This document shows, one piece after another, positions 19,585 through 30,500 of a stretch of 64,000 nt of DNA. The notes under the pieces were generated by a model. That model had not been told where the DNA came from. It made no database searches and saw only the letters and a program-made list of their open reading frames with translations. Source of the stretch: an uncultured Verrucomicrobiae bacterium (GTDB lineage: Bacteria; Verrucomicrobiota; Verrucomicrobiia; Chthoniobacterales; UBA10450); the NCBI GenBank assembly GCA_963756875.1, contig CAVWPA010000003.1, positions 608,001 to 672,000 of the forward strand, written 5' to 3'. The stretch's first letter is position 1. Every line of letters starts with the position of its first letter. The translations under genes and the position numbers were made by a program.

Positions 19585-20640
19585 TCAGCGACCGTATTTC
19601 TGGACCAGGTGGTCGATGTAGGCGCTGTATTTCTCGGCGAGCGGGGCGCTTTCGATGAAGAGAATGTTCTCGGCGTTGAATTCGGCGCTCCGGGAGAAGT
19701 TATAGGAGCCGGTGATCACGGTGTCGTCGATTATCAGAACTTTGTTGTGCATGAAATCGTGGTGCCCGGTCGGCGTGTACGGGGTCGAGTTTTTTCCAAC
19801 CAGGCCCGCGCGCGTGATGATCTCTTTTAACGCGCCGATCTTCCAACGGTTCGACGGCACTTCCTGCCACTGCGGGTACACCTCGGCCATTTGCGTGCGA
19901 TCGTAGATCCCATCAATCGTGACCCGGCCCGCGCGCAACAAATTAAGCAGCCCGCCGATGAGCGTGCCGGAGTTGATTAACAAGCTACAGATGCGGACAC
20001 GATGCTGTGCCGCCCGAACGCGTTTCGAGATTTCGGTATCGATTTCGTACCCGCAGCCCGGCGAAAACATGACGCGCGTTTCGGCCGGTTGACCGGAATA
20101 GATCAGCGACACGGGCTCGGTATGAATCTGGCCGGTGTTATCGAAGTTTTCTTTTTCCCAAAGCTCTTCGAACTCTTCCGCGTAGTAACCGGCCAGCGGC
20201 GCTGAATCGATCTCGACGATGTTGTTCTCCATCAGAGTAAATGCGTCGTCGGTCATGTTGGTCGAGCCGGTCCAGATCGATTGGCGATCGCGCAGGATGA
20301 ATTTGCTGTGCATCAGTTTCATGCCGGCAATGGGACGCGAGGGATAGCCCAACGATTGGACAAAGGCGCTGGTGCCGGACGGGGCCGGGTCCTGACCGCC
20401 GGCGACATTTGGTTGAATCGGTTTGTCGCCGTCGTAGCAGAAACGGATCCGCACGCCGGCGTCCGCGCGTTCGCGCAACGCGGAGCTTAACGATGTTTTC
20501 AACGGATCGCTGAACCGCATGTCGTAAACGGCAATATCGAGAGATTCTTTCGCGGCGCGTATAAACGCGGTCAGCCGCGCCATGATGGCGTCGGCGGATT
20601 GTTCGCCCTGAGCGAGAAAGAAAACCGAAAGAGTATCCAC
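19585..20640 (-). CDS. Phospholipase D-like protein with two HKD motifs
   Basis: MHSKFILRD..WTGSTN and MHNKVLIID..TGSYNFS. Confidence 0.9.
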   Translation of the reverse strand: MDTLSVFFLAQGEQSADAIMARLTAFIRAAKESLDIAVYDMRFSDPLKTSLSSALRERADAGVRIRFCYDGDKPIQPNVAGGQDPAPSGTSAFVQSLGYPSRPIAGMKLMHSKFILRDRQSIWTGSTNMTDDAFTLMENNIVEIDSAPLAGYYAEEFEELWEKENFDNTGQIHTEPVSLIYSGQPAETRVMFSPGCGYEIDTEISKRVRAAQHRVRICSLLINSGTLIGGLLNLLRAGRVTIDGIYDRTQMAEVYPQWQEVPSNRWKIGALKEIITRAGLVGKNSTPYTPTGHHDFMHNKVLIIDDTVITGSYNFSRSAEFNAENILFIESAPLAEKYSAYIDHLVQKYGR

Positions 20641-20826
20641 GGGGGAAAGCAGAAATCAGAAAGGGCGAAGAGCAAAGTGGTAAGAGGTAAGGGCAGGGAG
20701 GACGGAAGCCAGATTTCGGAGTTCGGGCAAAGCGTGAATCTTACACGTTCACTTTCACTTACTCCGCTTTATTTGTGTTTCCACGGACCTACGAAAGTGC
20801 ATGTGAAAGTGAAAGAGCATGATTGA

Positions 20827-20913
20827 AGAGGACAGAGGACAGAGGACAGAAAACGCCGAACGCTCAACGCCGAACGTCCAACGCCGAACAGCGAATAACT
20901 GACAACAGATAAC
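20827..20913. repeat. Heptamer runs (AGGACAG, AACGCCG)
   Basis: Directly visible. Confidence 0.8.
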
Positions 20914-20934
20914 GCCAGGTGAGCTGGCGGCCGA

Positions 20935-21300
20935 TCAGTTCCTTGCGGACTCGGCGGCGGATTTGGCCAGGACCTTCTGGCTCCAGTCTGCGCGCAAGAC
21001 TTTCATCTCTGCGTTGAGCGCGTTCATTCGCGCCGTAACGCCTTTGTATTTTTTGGTGACACCCAAGACCGTTCTGGTGACCGCGCCCTGACTGACGAGG
21101 CTCTGGAGTTTTTCATACGTGCGCAGGCGCAGCATCTCTTCCCCGCCGCTGGCGGCATTCCGTTCCCGGAGATTGAGGAGGATGATGTCGAACAAGCCTT
21201 TGAATTCGAACGAGGCCCTGGAAGAGAGGACGGCTACCAACTCTTCGGTGATGTTGTCGGGCATCCGACGTGAAAAGGAGACGCGAGAAGACTTGGACAT
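20935..21300 (-). CDS. Hypothetical protein, possibly winged-helix-like
   Basis: 121-aa ORF with a protein-like sequence (GGEEMLRLRTYEKLQSLV) between repeat blocks. Confidence 0.7.
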   Translation of the reverse strand: MSKSSRVSFSRRMPDNITEELVAVLSSRASFEFKGLFDIILLNLRERNAASGGEEMLRLRTYEKLQSLVSQGAVTRTVLGVTKKYKGVTARMNALNAEMKVLRADWSQKVLAKSAAESARN

Positions 21301-21345
21301 TTCATACTATAGCCGAGATTTGGGAAATTGCGAGCGAGGGCGGGG

Positions 21346-21470
21346 AAGGGCCAAGGGCCAAGGGCCAAGAGGTAAGGGGCAAGGGCTAAGGGCTAAGGGC
21401 TAAGGGCCAAGGGCTAAGGGGCAAGGGCAAGGAACAGAGAACAGAGAACAGAGAACAGAGAACAGAGAAA
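21346..21470. repeat. Heptamer runs AAGGGC(C/T) then AGAACAG
   Basis: Directly visible. Confidence 0.95.
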
Positions 21471-21473
21471 TGG

Positions 21474-22862
21474 TCACGCTTCATCCGCGATGACGAAGAA
21501 GCCGGTTTCGCCGCCGCCGGATGTGACGTTGACGATCGGTGAATCGGAGAGGCGAACCATGGCGCCGCAAACTGTTCCCCGAAAGAGGAAGGGGTTGGTG
21601 TCCACGAACATCGGCCGCAGGCTCCAGTCGGTTTCACTGAAGACGGGAAAGTGTTCCGGCTGCAGATCGATTGCGTCCTGCACGATGTAATCGGCGGAAA
21701 GCGCGGCGGCGATGGCGTCGTCCCACGCACGCTGGTCCAGTCGCGTCCCAATGTGCACGCCGTGGCCGCCGTAATCGTCGTTCGGCTTGAGCACAAGACT
21801 TTCCCGGTTTTTGCGAATGAACTGGAGCAGCTCGATGGAACGTCCGTTGCGTGTGGTGCGCCGGTCTCTCACCCGCCGCGTCCACGGCACGCAACGCCGG
21901 ATTGCTTCGTTCTCGCTTTGTGTGAACCAGTGTTGGTTTTCTTCATCCGTCAGGATTTCGAAGCTGGCCTTCTTGTGCATGATCTTGCACCGGAACGGAT
22001 TCACGAGGCAGACATCGTGATTCATGTAAGCGCGGAGGAGCGGGTGCTTCTCATCGAACCGGCTGAGGAATTCGTGGATGAGGACTCGTTTGTAAACGAG
22101 ATTTATTTCAAAGTCACCAGATCGCAGCTTCCCGTCCCGGTAATCAAGGTCGTCCGGCGAACAGATCAGCGTGCGAACGCCGCGCGCGGCGAAATGATCT
22201 CGCAACAGAACAAATTCGTTCGAAGTCGGGAGATTTTTCCAATCGAGAATGGCAATATTCGGCGCATCGCTAATGCCGCTCCATTCGGCGTAAGTCGCCA
22301 GCAGGGTTTCGAGTAATCGGTCGACGGCGGAGAACTGCCGCAGGCGGTACCGTTCTGCAAGCATCGTCATTGCCGGAAGCCCAAACAGAAGGCGATTCAG
22401 GCCTTCCTGGTCCGAAAGACTGGAAGGGTTTTCCGCGTTGTATTCAACGAACTTGATTTCGTCTCCGTGCACAAAACTGTCGAGGCGCGTTGTAATAGCG
22501 GCGCTTGAAAATCCCGGATCGACCAGCGCGAGTTTGATTTCGGTATCGGTGAGACCAAGCCGAGTCATCAATTCCGGAGATTGCACCGCCGCCGCGGCGA
22601 TTTTTTCCTGGGCGCTGACAATCGACTCCGCACTTTGGGTCAGCGAATGAAATTGCGTTTCGTCGAGCAGGTGTGGTCTTAGGGCAACGCCAATCGGCCG
22701 TTCGCCGTAAACGAGGCGGTTTGCGCGCATGGCATCGCGCAGCTTTTCGAAGACTTCGGCCGACAGCGCTTGATCTGCCGCGAGTAATTCGTGGTATTCG
22801 TCGATGGCCCTTTTCCGCAGCGGCTGGCCGGATGATTTGCGCTTTTTCAGGAAAGTTTTCAT
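21474..22862 (-). CDS. Circularly permuted ATP-grasp / glutathionylspermidine synthase-like ligase
   Basis: RLD, KFVEYNAENP, VYKRV, LVLKPNDDYGGHGV, NVTSGGG. Confidence 0.8.
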   Translation of the reverse strand: MKTFLKKRKSSGQPLRKRAIDEYHELLAADQALSAEVFEKLRDAMRANRLVYGERPIGVALRPHLLDETQFHSLTQSAESIVSAQEKIAAAAVQSPELMTRLGLTDTEIKLALVDPGFSSAAITTRLDSFVHGDEIKFVEYNAENPSSLSDQEGLNRLLFGLPAMTMLAERYRLRQFSAVDRLLETLLATYAEWSGISDAPNIAILDWKNLPTSNEFVLLRDHFAARGVRTLICSPDDLDYRDGKLRSGDFEINLVYKRVLIHEFLSRFDEKHPLLRAYMNHDVCLVNPFRCKIMHKKASFEILTDEENQHWFTQSENEAIRRCVPWTRRVRDRRTTRNGRSIELLQFIRKNRESLVLKPNDDYGGHGVHIGTRLDQRAWDDAIAAALSADYIVQDAIDLQPEHFPVFSETDWSLRPMFVDTNPFLFRGTVCGAMVRLSDSPIVNVTSGGGETGFFVIADEA

Positions 22863-23100
22863 CCTTGAATCGGAAGTCTAAATTCCGCCAGGGGCGGGAG
22901 ACAAGGCCGGAGGGGGAGGCGGGAAACGGCGATACTAGATACTAGATTCTGGATGCTGGATGCTGGGGGACGCATCATTAATCTTACACATTCACTTACT
23001 CTTGCTCTGATCGAGGAGAGGTGCATGTGCAAGTGAAAGAGCAGGATTAAAGTTCAGAGCCGGAGGACAGACGCCGCAGCGCGGCTTCCCTACCTCCTGT

Positions 23101-23670
23101 TCAGGCTTTTTCGTAGATTCCGACAAAAACGGTTTTCCAGGTGCGACCGTTGTCGGATGAGATGTCCCATTGCTGTTTGACTTTTCCGTCCGGCAACGGT
23201 GTCCAGGTAACGCGATTCAGTTGCGTTTCCTTTGCGGTTTTGGTCACGCCGCTCAAGACCATGGCTTTGCCTTCCAGGCCGCCCTGCAAATGGAGGATCG
23301 TTCCGTCACCGCCGACCCAATCCTGGTGCCATTTTTTGTCGGCGGGATCGTAGTAATTGATGCTCATGCCGGTCTTCCCGTGCGCGGATTTCCATTGTTC
23401 GCGGATGGCGCAGCCTTCGGATGCGCGGCTGATTTCGCTGGTGCCGACTTGTTTGCCCTTGGGGCCGATAACGTTCCAATGGCCTAACCAAAAGTCGAAC
23501 TGCCGAAATTCAGGCGCCGTGCACGCCGGTGGTGGAGGAGAAGCGCTTGGAGTGTTGTTGTTGTCCGGCTTCGGTGCGGGTGTCGGTGAAGCGGCCCAGG
23601 ACAAGGGGATTAATGCGAATGCGGCAATGATCAGCGCGGTGATTTTCGTGAAGGGAGTCAATCGGTGCAT
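23101..23670 (-). CDS. Secreted hypothetical protein (DUF1579-like beta-barrel)
   Basis: Signal peptide, Pro-rich linker, RQFDFWLGHW, S.DNGRTW. Confidence 0.75.
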   Translation of the reverse strand: MHRLTPFTKITALIIAAFALIPLSWAASPTPAPKPDNNNTPSASPPPPACTAPEFRQFDFWLGHWNVIGPKGKQVGTSEISRASEGCAIREQWKSAHGKTGMSINYYDPADKKWHQDWVGGDGTILHLQGGLEGKAMVLSGVTKTAKETQLNRVTWTPLPDGKVKQQWDISSDNGRTWKTVFVGIYEKA

Positions 23671-24046
23671 GTCTAAACACTTATCATAAAAAACTTGTGT
23701 GTGCCGAGGCACCTTGGCCGCCGGAGGTCGAAGGGCAGAGGTCGGCGTCTACAGCCATCAGGGGGAAAGAGGCCAGGGGTAAGAGCGGCCCGGCGACTGA
23801 GCGCCGTGGCTACAAGACTTGGAGTTTGAGGTTTGAAGTTTCCCCGGGGTTTGGATCTTTGGAACTTGGGATTTTACGTCGGCTCCCGCCGCGGCCGGCA
23901 GGCTGTAGGGTCTCGCCCCACCGGTGAAGAGTCAGTGCGCGGGGATGCTTGCTTTAGATCGGGTTTGTCTCCTATTCTCCAATACCTTCGGGCGATCGAC
24001 TACCCCGCCACGAGGAACTTGTCCGAGAATTCCAAAGGCACTGTTG

Positions 24047-25846
24047 ATGGCGGAACCCGATAGTAAGAAACAATCGAAGCCGGGACGACCGATCGGCCCA
24101 TTCAGGCTGTGGTTATTGGCCGTTGTGGTCGGGATTGTGTCGGGCCTTGGTGCCGCGGCTTTTAGGGGACTGATCGCGCTGTTTCATAACCTGTTTTTCC
24201 TCGGAAAGCTGTCGATCTTCTATGACGCCAATGCGCACACGGCGGCCGGCCCGTGGGGTGCATGGATCATTGCGGCACCGATTGTTGGCGCGCTTGGCGT
24301 TGCGTTTCTCGTACAGACATTCGCCCCGGAGGCCAAAGGCCATGGCGTCCCGGAAGTGATGGACGCCATCTATTATAGCAAGGGAATTATCCGGCCCGTG
24401 GTCGCTGTGATCAAAGCACTGGCCTCGGCGATTTCCATCGGCACCGGCGGGTCGGTGGGACGCGAAGGTCCGATCATCCAGATCGCTTCGGCGTTTGGGT
24501 CCACGATTGGGCAATGGCTGCGGATCCCTGCCTGGCAGCGGGTGACGTTGATCGCTGCTGGAGCGGGCGGTGGGATTGCCGCGACGTTCAACACGCCGAT
24601 CGGCGGAATTCTGTTCGCGGCGGAAATCATGTTACACGAAGTCAGCGTCTGGACGCTGGTGCCTGTGGCGATCTCCACGGCAACCGCGACTTACGTGGGT
24701 CGTCTGTTTTTCGGCGCTAATCCTTCGTTCGTAATTCCGGCGTTTCAGGAATCGTTTTATCACGCGACCAATCCCATAGTGCTCCTTTCGTATGTGGGTC
24801 TGGCAGCTCTGGTGGGTTGCGCCGCGGCATTGTTCATCAAGTCGATTTACGCGTTTGAGGATTTTTTCGAGCAGAAGATCCGCGGGAGCTATTACGTTCG
24901 CCATGCGTTGGGAATGGCTCTCGTGGGCGTGATGATGTATCTCCTGATGCAACGCTGGGGGCATTACTATATTCAAGGGATCGGTTACTCGACAGTGCAG
25001 GATATTCTGTCGGGTGTGCTGGCGGCGTCTTTGCCGCTGGCGCTGCTGTTCGTATTGAAGCTGGTGGCCACGTCGCTGACGCTGGGTTCCGGCGGATCGG
25101 GCGGTATTTTTTCTCCGTCGTTATATCTGGGAGCGACCCTGGGGGCGACGTATGGCACGGTGTTGGGCAAGCTTTTTCCCGGGCTGCTGATTAGCCCGCC
25201 GGCGTTTGCGGTTGCAGGCATGGCGGGAATGGTCGGCGGCGCAACCGGAGCGGCCATCACCGCGATTGTGATGATTTTCGAAATGACCCGCGACTACGGC
25301 GTGATCGTACCGATGACCATTACCGTGGCGATCAGTTATGGAGTGCGGAAGGTCCTGCTGAAGGAGAGCATCTACACGTTAAAGCTGTCGCGACGCGGTC
25401 ATTACATGCCCGAGGCGCTCCAGACGAATTTTCAACACATGCGACTGGCGAGAGACTTGAAGAACAACGTGGTGGCGCTTGTGCCGGCGACCTCAACTTT
25501 AGACCAGTTGCGACAAAAACTGGCCGAGCCGGGCGCGATTCCGTTGTTCGTCATTGAAGACGACGGCAAGGTCCGGGGAGTGCTGACCGAAGAGATGGCT
25601 TACCGGGCGATGCGCAATCAGCCGCAAACGGCGACATTGGGCGACGTGGCAAACACGAATTACGACGTGATCAGCGAAAACACCACGTTGTTCGAAATTG
25701 TCACCCGAATGCACACCAACCGGACGGATGTTTTCCTGGTCTCCGCGAATTTGGCGGTAAATTCCGCCAGGGAAATCGGCGGCTGGATTTCCAAGGACCG
25801 AATCGCGCATTCGATGGCCGAGGGGATCGGATTATTCACGGATTAA
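24047..25846 (+). CDS. ClC chloride channel/antiporter with C-terminal CBS domains
   Basis: GHGVPE, GREGP, FNTPIGG and GGIFSP motifs. Confidence 0.92.
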   Translation: MAEPDSKKQSKPGRPIGPFRLWLLAVVVGIVSGLGAAAFRGLIALFHNLFFLGKLSIFYDANAHTAAGPWGAWIIAAPIVGALGVAFLVQTFAPEAKGHGVPEVMDAIYYSKGIIRPVVAVIKALASAISIGTGGSVGREGPIIQIASAFGSTIGQWLRIPAWQRVTLIAAGAGGGIAATFNTPIGGILFAAEIMLHEVSVWTLVPVAISTATATYVGRLFFGANPSFVIPAFQESFYHATNPIVLLSYVGLAALVGCAAALFIKSIYAFEDFFEQKIRGSYYVRHALGMALVGVMMYLLMQRWGHYYIQGIGYSTVQDILSGVLAASLPLALLFVLKLVATSLTLGSGGSGGIFSPSLYLGATLGATYGTVLGKLFPGLLISPPAFAVAGMAGMVGGATGAAITAIVMIFEMTRDYGVIVPMTITVAISYGVRKVLLKESIYTLKLSRRGHYMPEALQTNFQHMRLARDLKNNVVALVPATSTLDQLRQKLAEPGAIPLFVIEDDGKVRGVLTEEMAYRAMRNQPQTATLGDVANTNYDVISENTTLFEIVTRMHTNRTDVFLVSANLAVNSAREIGGWISKDRIAHSMAEGIGLFTD

Positions 25847-25873
25847 CTTGCCGCTACAGCGCGGATTCTCACC

Positions 25874-26590
25874 TTGCGTGCGACCAAATTTGAGTTTGAA
25901 CGGCGTTTTTGGATCATCTTCGCCATTTACCTGGCAGGATTTTCGCTTTTCGCCTTCGACCACACCGGGTTCGTTGCAGGGCTGCGGCACTTGATCGCGC
26001 CGTCGATTGCTCCGTACACTTTGCAGGCGGCAATGTTCAGCCATGTCGTGATCGGGGTGGGCGCGTTGCTTGTTTTTCTCGCGGCTGCTTTGCGCACCTG
26101 GGGCGCTGCTTATCTGCGCACCGATGTCGTGCACGATAAATCTCAACATTCAGAGGCGCTCGTGGCCGATGGTCCGTTTCGCTATGTCCGAAACCCGCTT
26201 TATTTTGCAAACCTGCCGATGGCCGCCGGGATTGGCGTCCTGGCCAGCCGCCTGGGATGGCTTTTCCTGATAGCGGCGAGCTGGCTTTTCGTTTACCGGC
26301 TGATTTTTCGCGAGGAAGAAGCGCTTCGACAAAGCCAGGGCGAGTGGTATCGCGCCTACCTAAAAGCAGTCCCGCGTTTCTGGCCGTCGGCCTCGCCCTG
26401 CGTTCCGCCGGGGAATCGTTCGCCTTTGTGGGGCCAGGCCGTGGCAGGTGAATCCTTCATCTGGATCTTCGGCATCGCCGAACTCTACGCGGCCATCACT
26501 TTGAACATGAAAATTGCGGGATTCGTGTTCGTTCTGGGATTTGTCGCTCATTTCCTGGTTATCCCTCTTATGCGAAAGAGGAAGCGGTAA
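25874..26590 (+). CDS. Isoprenylcysteine carboxyl methyltransferase (ICMT/PEMT) family membrane protein
   Basis: LVADGPFRYVRNPLY, REEEAL, Y..Y...VPRF. Confidence 0.85.
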   Translation: MRATKFEFERRFWIIFAIYLAGFSLFAFDHTGFVAGLRHLIAPSIAPYTLQAAMFSHVVIGVGALLVFLAAALRTWGAAYLRTDVVHDKSQHSEALVADGPFRYVRNPLYFANLPMAAGIGVLASRLGWLFLIAASWLFVYRLIFREEEALRQSQGEWYRAYLKAVPRFWPSASPCVPPGNRSPLWGQAVAGESFIWIFGIAELYAAITLNMKIAGFVFVLGFVAHFLVIPLMRKRKR

Positions 26591-26686
26591 GAGCAAAGAG
26601 GAAAGGGCCAGGGGCTGGCGGAGCAGGGGTCGGAGGTCAGAAGTCTCTGCTCTGACTTCGATGTTCGACGTTTCTGTACCCGGGAA

Positions 26687-27385
26687 TCACCTGGCTTTCG
26701 CCCGTGTATAATTGATCTCCATTGTCTTCACTTCCTTGCCGCCGTGGTTCTCGTACCACTCCAGCGTGTGATGATCCTTATCGGCGATCTTTAACACTTC
26801 GCGAACTTTCGCGATGATTCCAGGCATCGGTTCGATTTCGGCATCGTAGGTGAATGTCTTTGTCGCCGGGTTGTAGTTGCCTTCCGAAAATTCAATGCCC
26901 GTGCCCATATTGTCGATCCACGCCTCTACGAACCTTTTTTTCACGTTGTCGTAGCCGTCGATCCCCATGCCTTTGAATGGCACCTCTTTCATCTTGCCGT
27001 CCGCGCCGGGCATTTTCATTTTTCCGCTGACGTTGGTGATGAAGTAACGCCCATCCATGATGGGCTTGATCGTCGCGGTGCCGTTTGATTCTTCCGGTTT
27101 GGCATTCGGGTCGTGGCTCATCCAAAATTTGATGGTGTAAATCCAGTTGCCGGCGAGATCTGCGAGCAGCTTGTGATTTTCGTTCAACTTCGACAGGTCC
27201 ATCATTTGCCTCATCATTTCGGCTTCGTTCGGCGTCCCGGCCGGGGCGGCAACCGGGCTGGTGGCGACGATCGGCGAAGTGGCAGCGCCACGCGACGAGT
27301 TCCCCGGACTTGGTTGCTGGGCGAACAAGGAAATGCTGATCGATCCGGCTGCAAAAACAGTCGTTAGGAAAAGGAAAATCTTCAT
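26687..27385 (-). CDS. DUF1579 family secreted protein
   Basis: Signal peptide, H..L..LAGNW, F.G.G..GYDN, WIDNMGTG. Confidence 0.8.
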   Translation of the reverse strand: MKIFLFLTTVFAAGSISISLFAQQPSPGNSSRGAATSPIVATSPVAAPAGTPNEAEMMRQMMDLSKLNENHKLLADLAGNWIYTIKFWMSHDPNAKPEESNGTATIKPIMDGRYFITNVSGKMKMPGADGKMKEVPFKGMGIDGYDNVKKRFVEAWIDNMGTGIEFSEGNYNPATKTFTYDAEIEPMPGIIAKVREVLKIADKDHHTLEWYENHGGKEVKTMEINYTRAKAR

Positions 27386-27563
27386 GGCGCCGATTGTTCT
27401 AAAGAGCAGCAAAAATGGAAGGAGAAAGTGGGAATGGCGTCAACCGATAACCGGTAACTAACAGTCGACCGCGTTGGCGCGGGTCGTCTGCGCAATATGT
27501 GCACAGCAAAACGCAACCGGTGTACATCGACTTCGCATAAGGGCAGCTACGTTCTTGGTAATT

Positions 27564-30500
27564 GTGAACGCAAAGAGTAAGACGAGAATTGGCAGATCAA
27601 ACGGCAAAAATTCGCGGGCCAATCCCGCCCCTGATTTCAAACACGAGCGCCGGCCGGTTTCGGGGGATATCCCGACGACCGGTCATAAGACAGTGGATGC
27701 AAACGAGGCCGTCGCGCGCGTCGCCTACGCGCTGAACGAAGTGATTGCGATTTATCCGATCACGCCGGCGTCGCCGATGGGCGAATGGGCGGACGCATGG
27801 GCGGCGAACGGAGTGAAAAATTTATGGGAAACAGTGCCGTACGTGGTGGAGATGCAAAGCGAGGGGGGCGCGGCAGGCGCCATTCATGGCGCGCTCCAGA
27901 CGGGGGCGTTGAGCACAACGTTTACCGCGTCGCAGGGGTTGCTTTTGATGATCCCGAACATGTACAAAATCGCGGGCGAGCTTACGCCGACCGTTTTTCA
28001 CATTGCAGCGCGATCGGTTGCAGGGCAGGCGCTTTCCATATTTGGCGATCACAGCGACGTGATGGCGGCGCGCGCCACCGGGTTTGCGATGCTCTGCTCG
28101 TGTTCCGTGCAGGAAGCGCAGGACATGGCGCTGATCGCGCACGCGGCCACGCTCGAATCGCGCATTCCGTTTTTGCATTTCTTCGACGGATTCCGGACGT
28201 CGCACGAAATCTCGAAGATCGATGTGCTGGCGGACGATGTATTACGCGAGATGATCGATGAAACGCGTATCCTGGAACATCGTGCCCGCGCGCTGTCGCC
28301 CGATCATCCGGTGGTCCGCGGCACGGCGCAAAACCCGGACGTTTTCTTCCAGGCGCGCGAGACGGTGAACCCGTTTTATGCCGCTTGCCCGGAGATTGTT
28401 CAGCGGACGATGGACCGTTTCGCGGAGTTGACGAAGCGGCGTTACAGCTTGTTCGAGTATCACGGCGCGCCCGATGCCAGACGCGTGATTGTGTTGATGG
28501 GGTCCGGCTGCGAAGCCGCGCATGAGACGGTCGATTTTCTCAATCGGCAAAAGGAGAAAGTCGGTGTGCTCAAGGTCAGGCTCTACCGGCCGTTCGATGC
28601 GAAAAGCTTCGTTAAAGCGCTGCCGAAAACCGTGCGTAAAATTGCCGTTTTGGACCGCACGAAAGAGCCCGGCTCCAGCGGCGAGCCGCTTTATCTCGAC
28701 TGCGTGAATGCGCTTTACGAGCAAGGGCGCGACGAAATGCGGGCGGTCGGCGGGCGTTACGGACTTTCCTCGAAAGAATTCACGCCGGCGATGGTGAAGG
28801 CGATTTTCGACAATCTTGCCCAACCTTCGCCGAAAAATCATTTCACCATCGGTATCAATGACGACGTTTCGCATAGCAGCATCGATTTCGATCCCAACTT
28901 TTCGATCGAGGCGGGCGATGTGGTGCGGGCGCAATTCTTTGGGCTCGGATCGGACGGCACGGTCGGCGCGAACAAGGAGTCGATCAAGATTATCGGCGAA
29001 AACACGGATTACTTCGCGCAAGGCTATTTCGTTTACGATTCGAAGAAATCGGGGGCCATAACCATCTCGCACCTGCGGTTCGGGCCGCGGCCGATTCGAT
29101 CGACGTATCTAATCACGAGCGCGAATTTCATCGGGTGTCATCAACCGTTCCTCCTGGAGCGGTTTGATGTTTTCAAGGACCTCGCGCCGCAGGGGACAAT
29201 CTTGTTGAACTCGCCATTTGGTGCCGACCAGATTTGGAAACATCTTCCGGAAAACGCGCAGCGCCGCCTCATCGAGCAACGGGCGCGCTTCTTTGTGATC
29301 GACGCCAACAAGGTGGCGCGCGAGTCGGGAATGGGCGGGCGGATCAACACGGTCATGCAGACATGTTTTTTCGCGATCTCCGGCGTGCTGCCGCGCGAGC
29401 GAGCAATCGCAGCAATCAAGGATTCGATCGAAAAAACTTATGGGAAAAAAGGTGAAGAGATCGTGAAGAGAAATCTCCATGCAGTGGACGAGGCGCTGGC
29501 ACACCTGCACGAAGTGGAAGTTTCGGGAAAGATGGTGACCGCCGAGCCCGGGCACAATGGCCAGCTTCAAGGTGCGCCCCCGTTTGTGCGAAATGTGCTC
29601 GGCGAAATCATGGCCGGCCTCGGCGATCGCGTGCCGGTGAGCGCATTGCCTAACGACGGAACCTTTCCTACCGGCACCGCGCAATGGGAAAAACGAAACC
29701 TGGCACTGGAAGTGCCGGTTTGGGACCCCGCGGTCTGCATTCAGTGCGGCAAATGCGTAATGGTCTGCCCGCATGCGGTGATTCGCAGCAAAGTTTACGA
29801 AGCGGCTGTTCTCCCCAGCGCGCCCGCGTCGTTCAAATCGCATGATGCGCGGTTGCCGGAATGGAAAGAGCTCAAGTACACGTTGCAGGTATCGGCTGAA
29901 GATTGCACGGGGTGTGGGATTTGCGTCGATGTTTGCCCGGCCCGGAACAAATCGGAGGCGCGGTTTAAAGCGATCAACATGCAGCCGCAGGCGCCGTTGC
30001 GTGAAGCCGAGCGCGCGAACTGGAACTTTTTCCTTTCCATTCCGGAGATGGACCGCAGCCGTGTTGCGCTGAAGAGCGTGCGTGAAATGCAGGTGGAACA
30101 GCCGCTCTTCGAGTTCTCGGGTGCGTGCGCGGGTTGCGGCGAGACGCCGTACATTAAATTACTGACGCAACTTTTCGGCGACCGGCTGGTGATCGCGAAT
30201 GCCACCGGTTGCTCGTCCATTTACGGCGGCAACCTGCCGACCACGCCATATGCGAAAAACGCCGATGGCCGCGGCCCGGCGTGGGCGAACTCGCTTTTTG
30301 AAGACAACGCGGAGTTCGGTCTCGGGTTCCGTGTTTCGATCGACAAACAACAGGAGTTCGCCGGCGAATTGCTTCAGCGGCTCAGCCCGCAGGTAGGCCG
30401 GGCGCTGGCAACTGAAATTCTGAATGCACGGCAGCGTGATGAGGCGGACATTTTCGATCAGCGTGCGCGGGTCGCGGAACTAAAGCACAGGCTCGAATCG

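Noticed and set aside
19585..20640. PLD gene as part of the defence island
   Set aside because: Lies outside the island, beyond uup and the SDR gene, with no linked helicase or MTase
24047..25846. Fluoride-specific CLC-F
   Set aside because: Has GHGVPE/GREGP/GIFSP rather than the GNNLI/GREGT/GEVTP signatures, and no fluoride riboswitch was recognised
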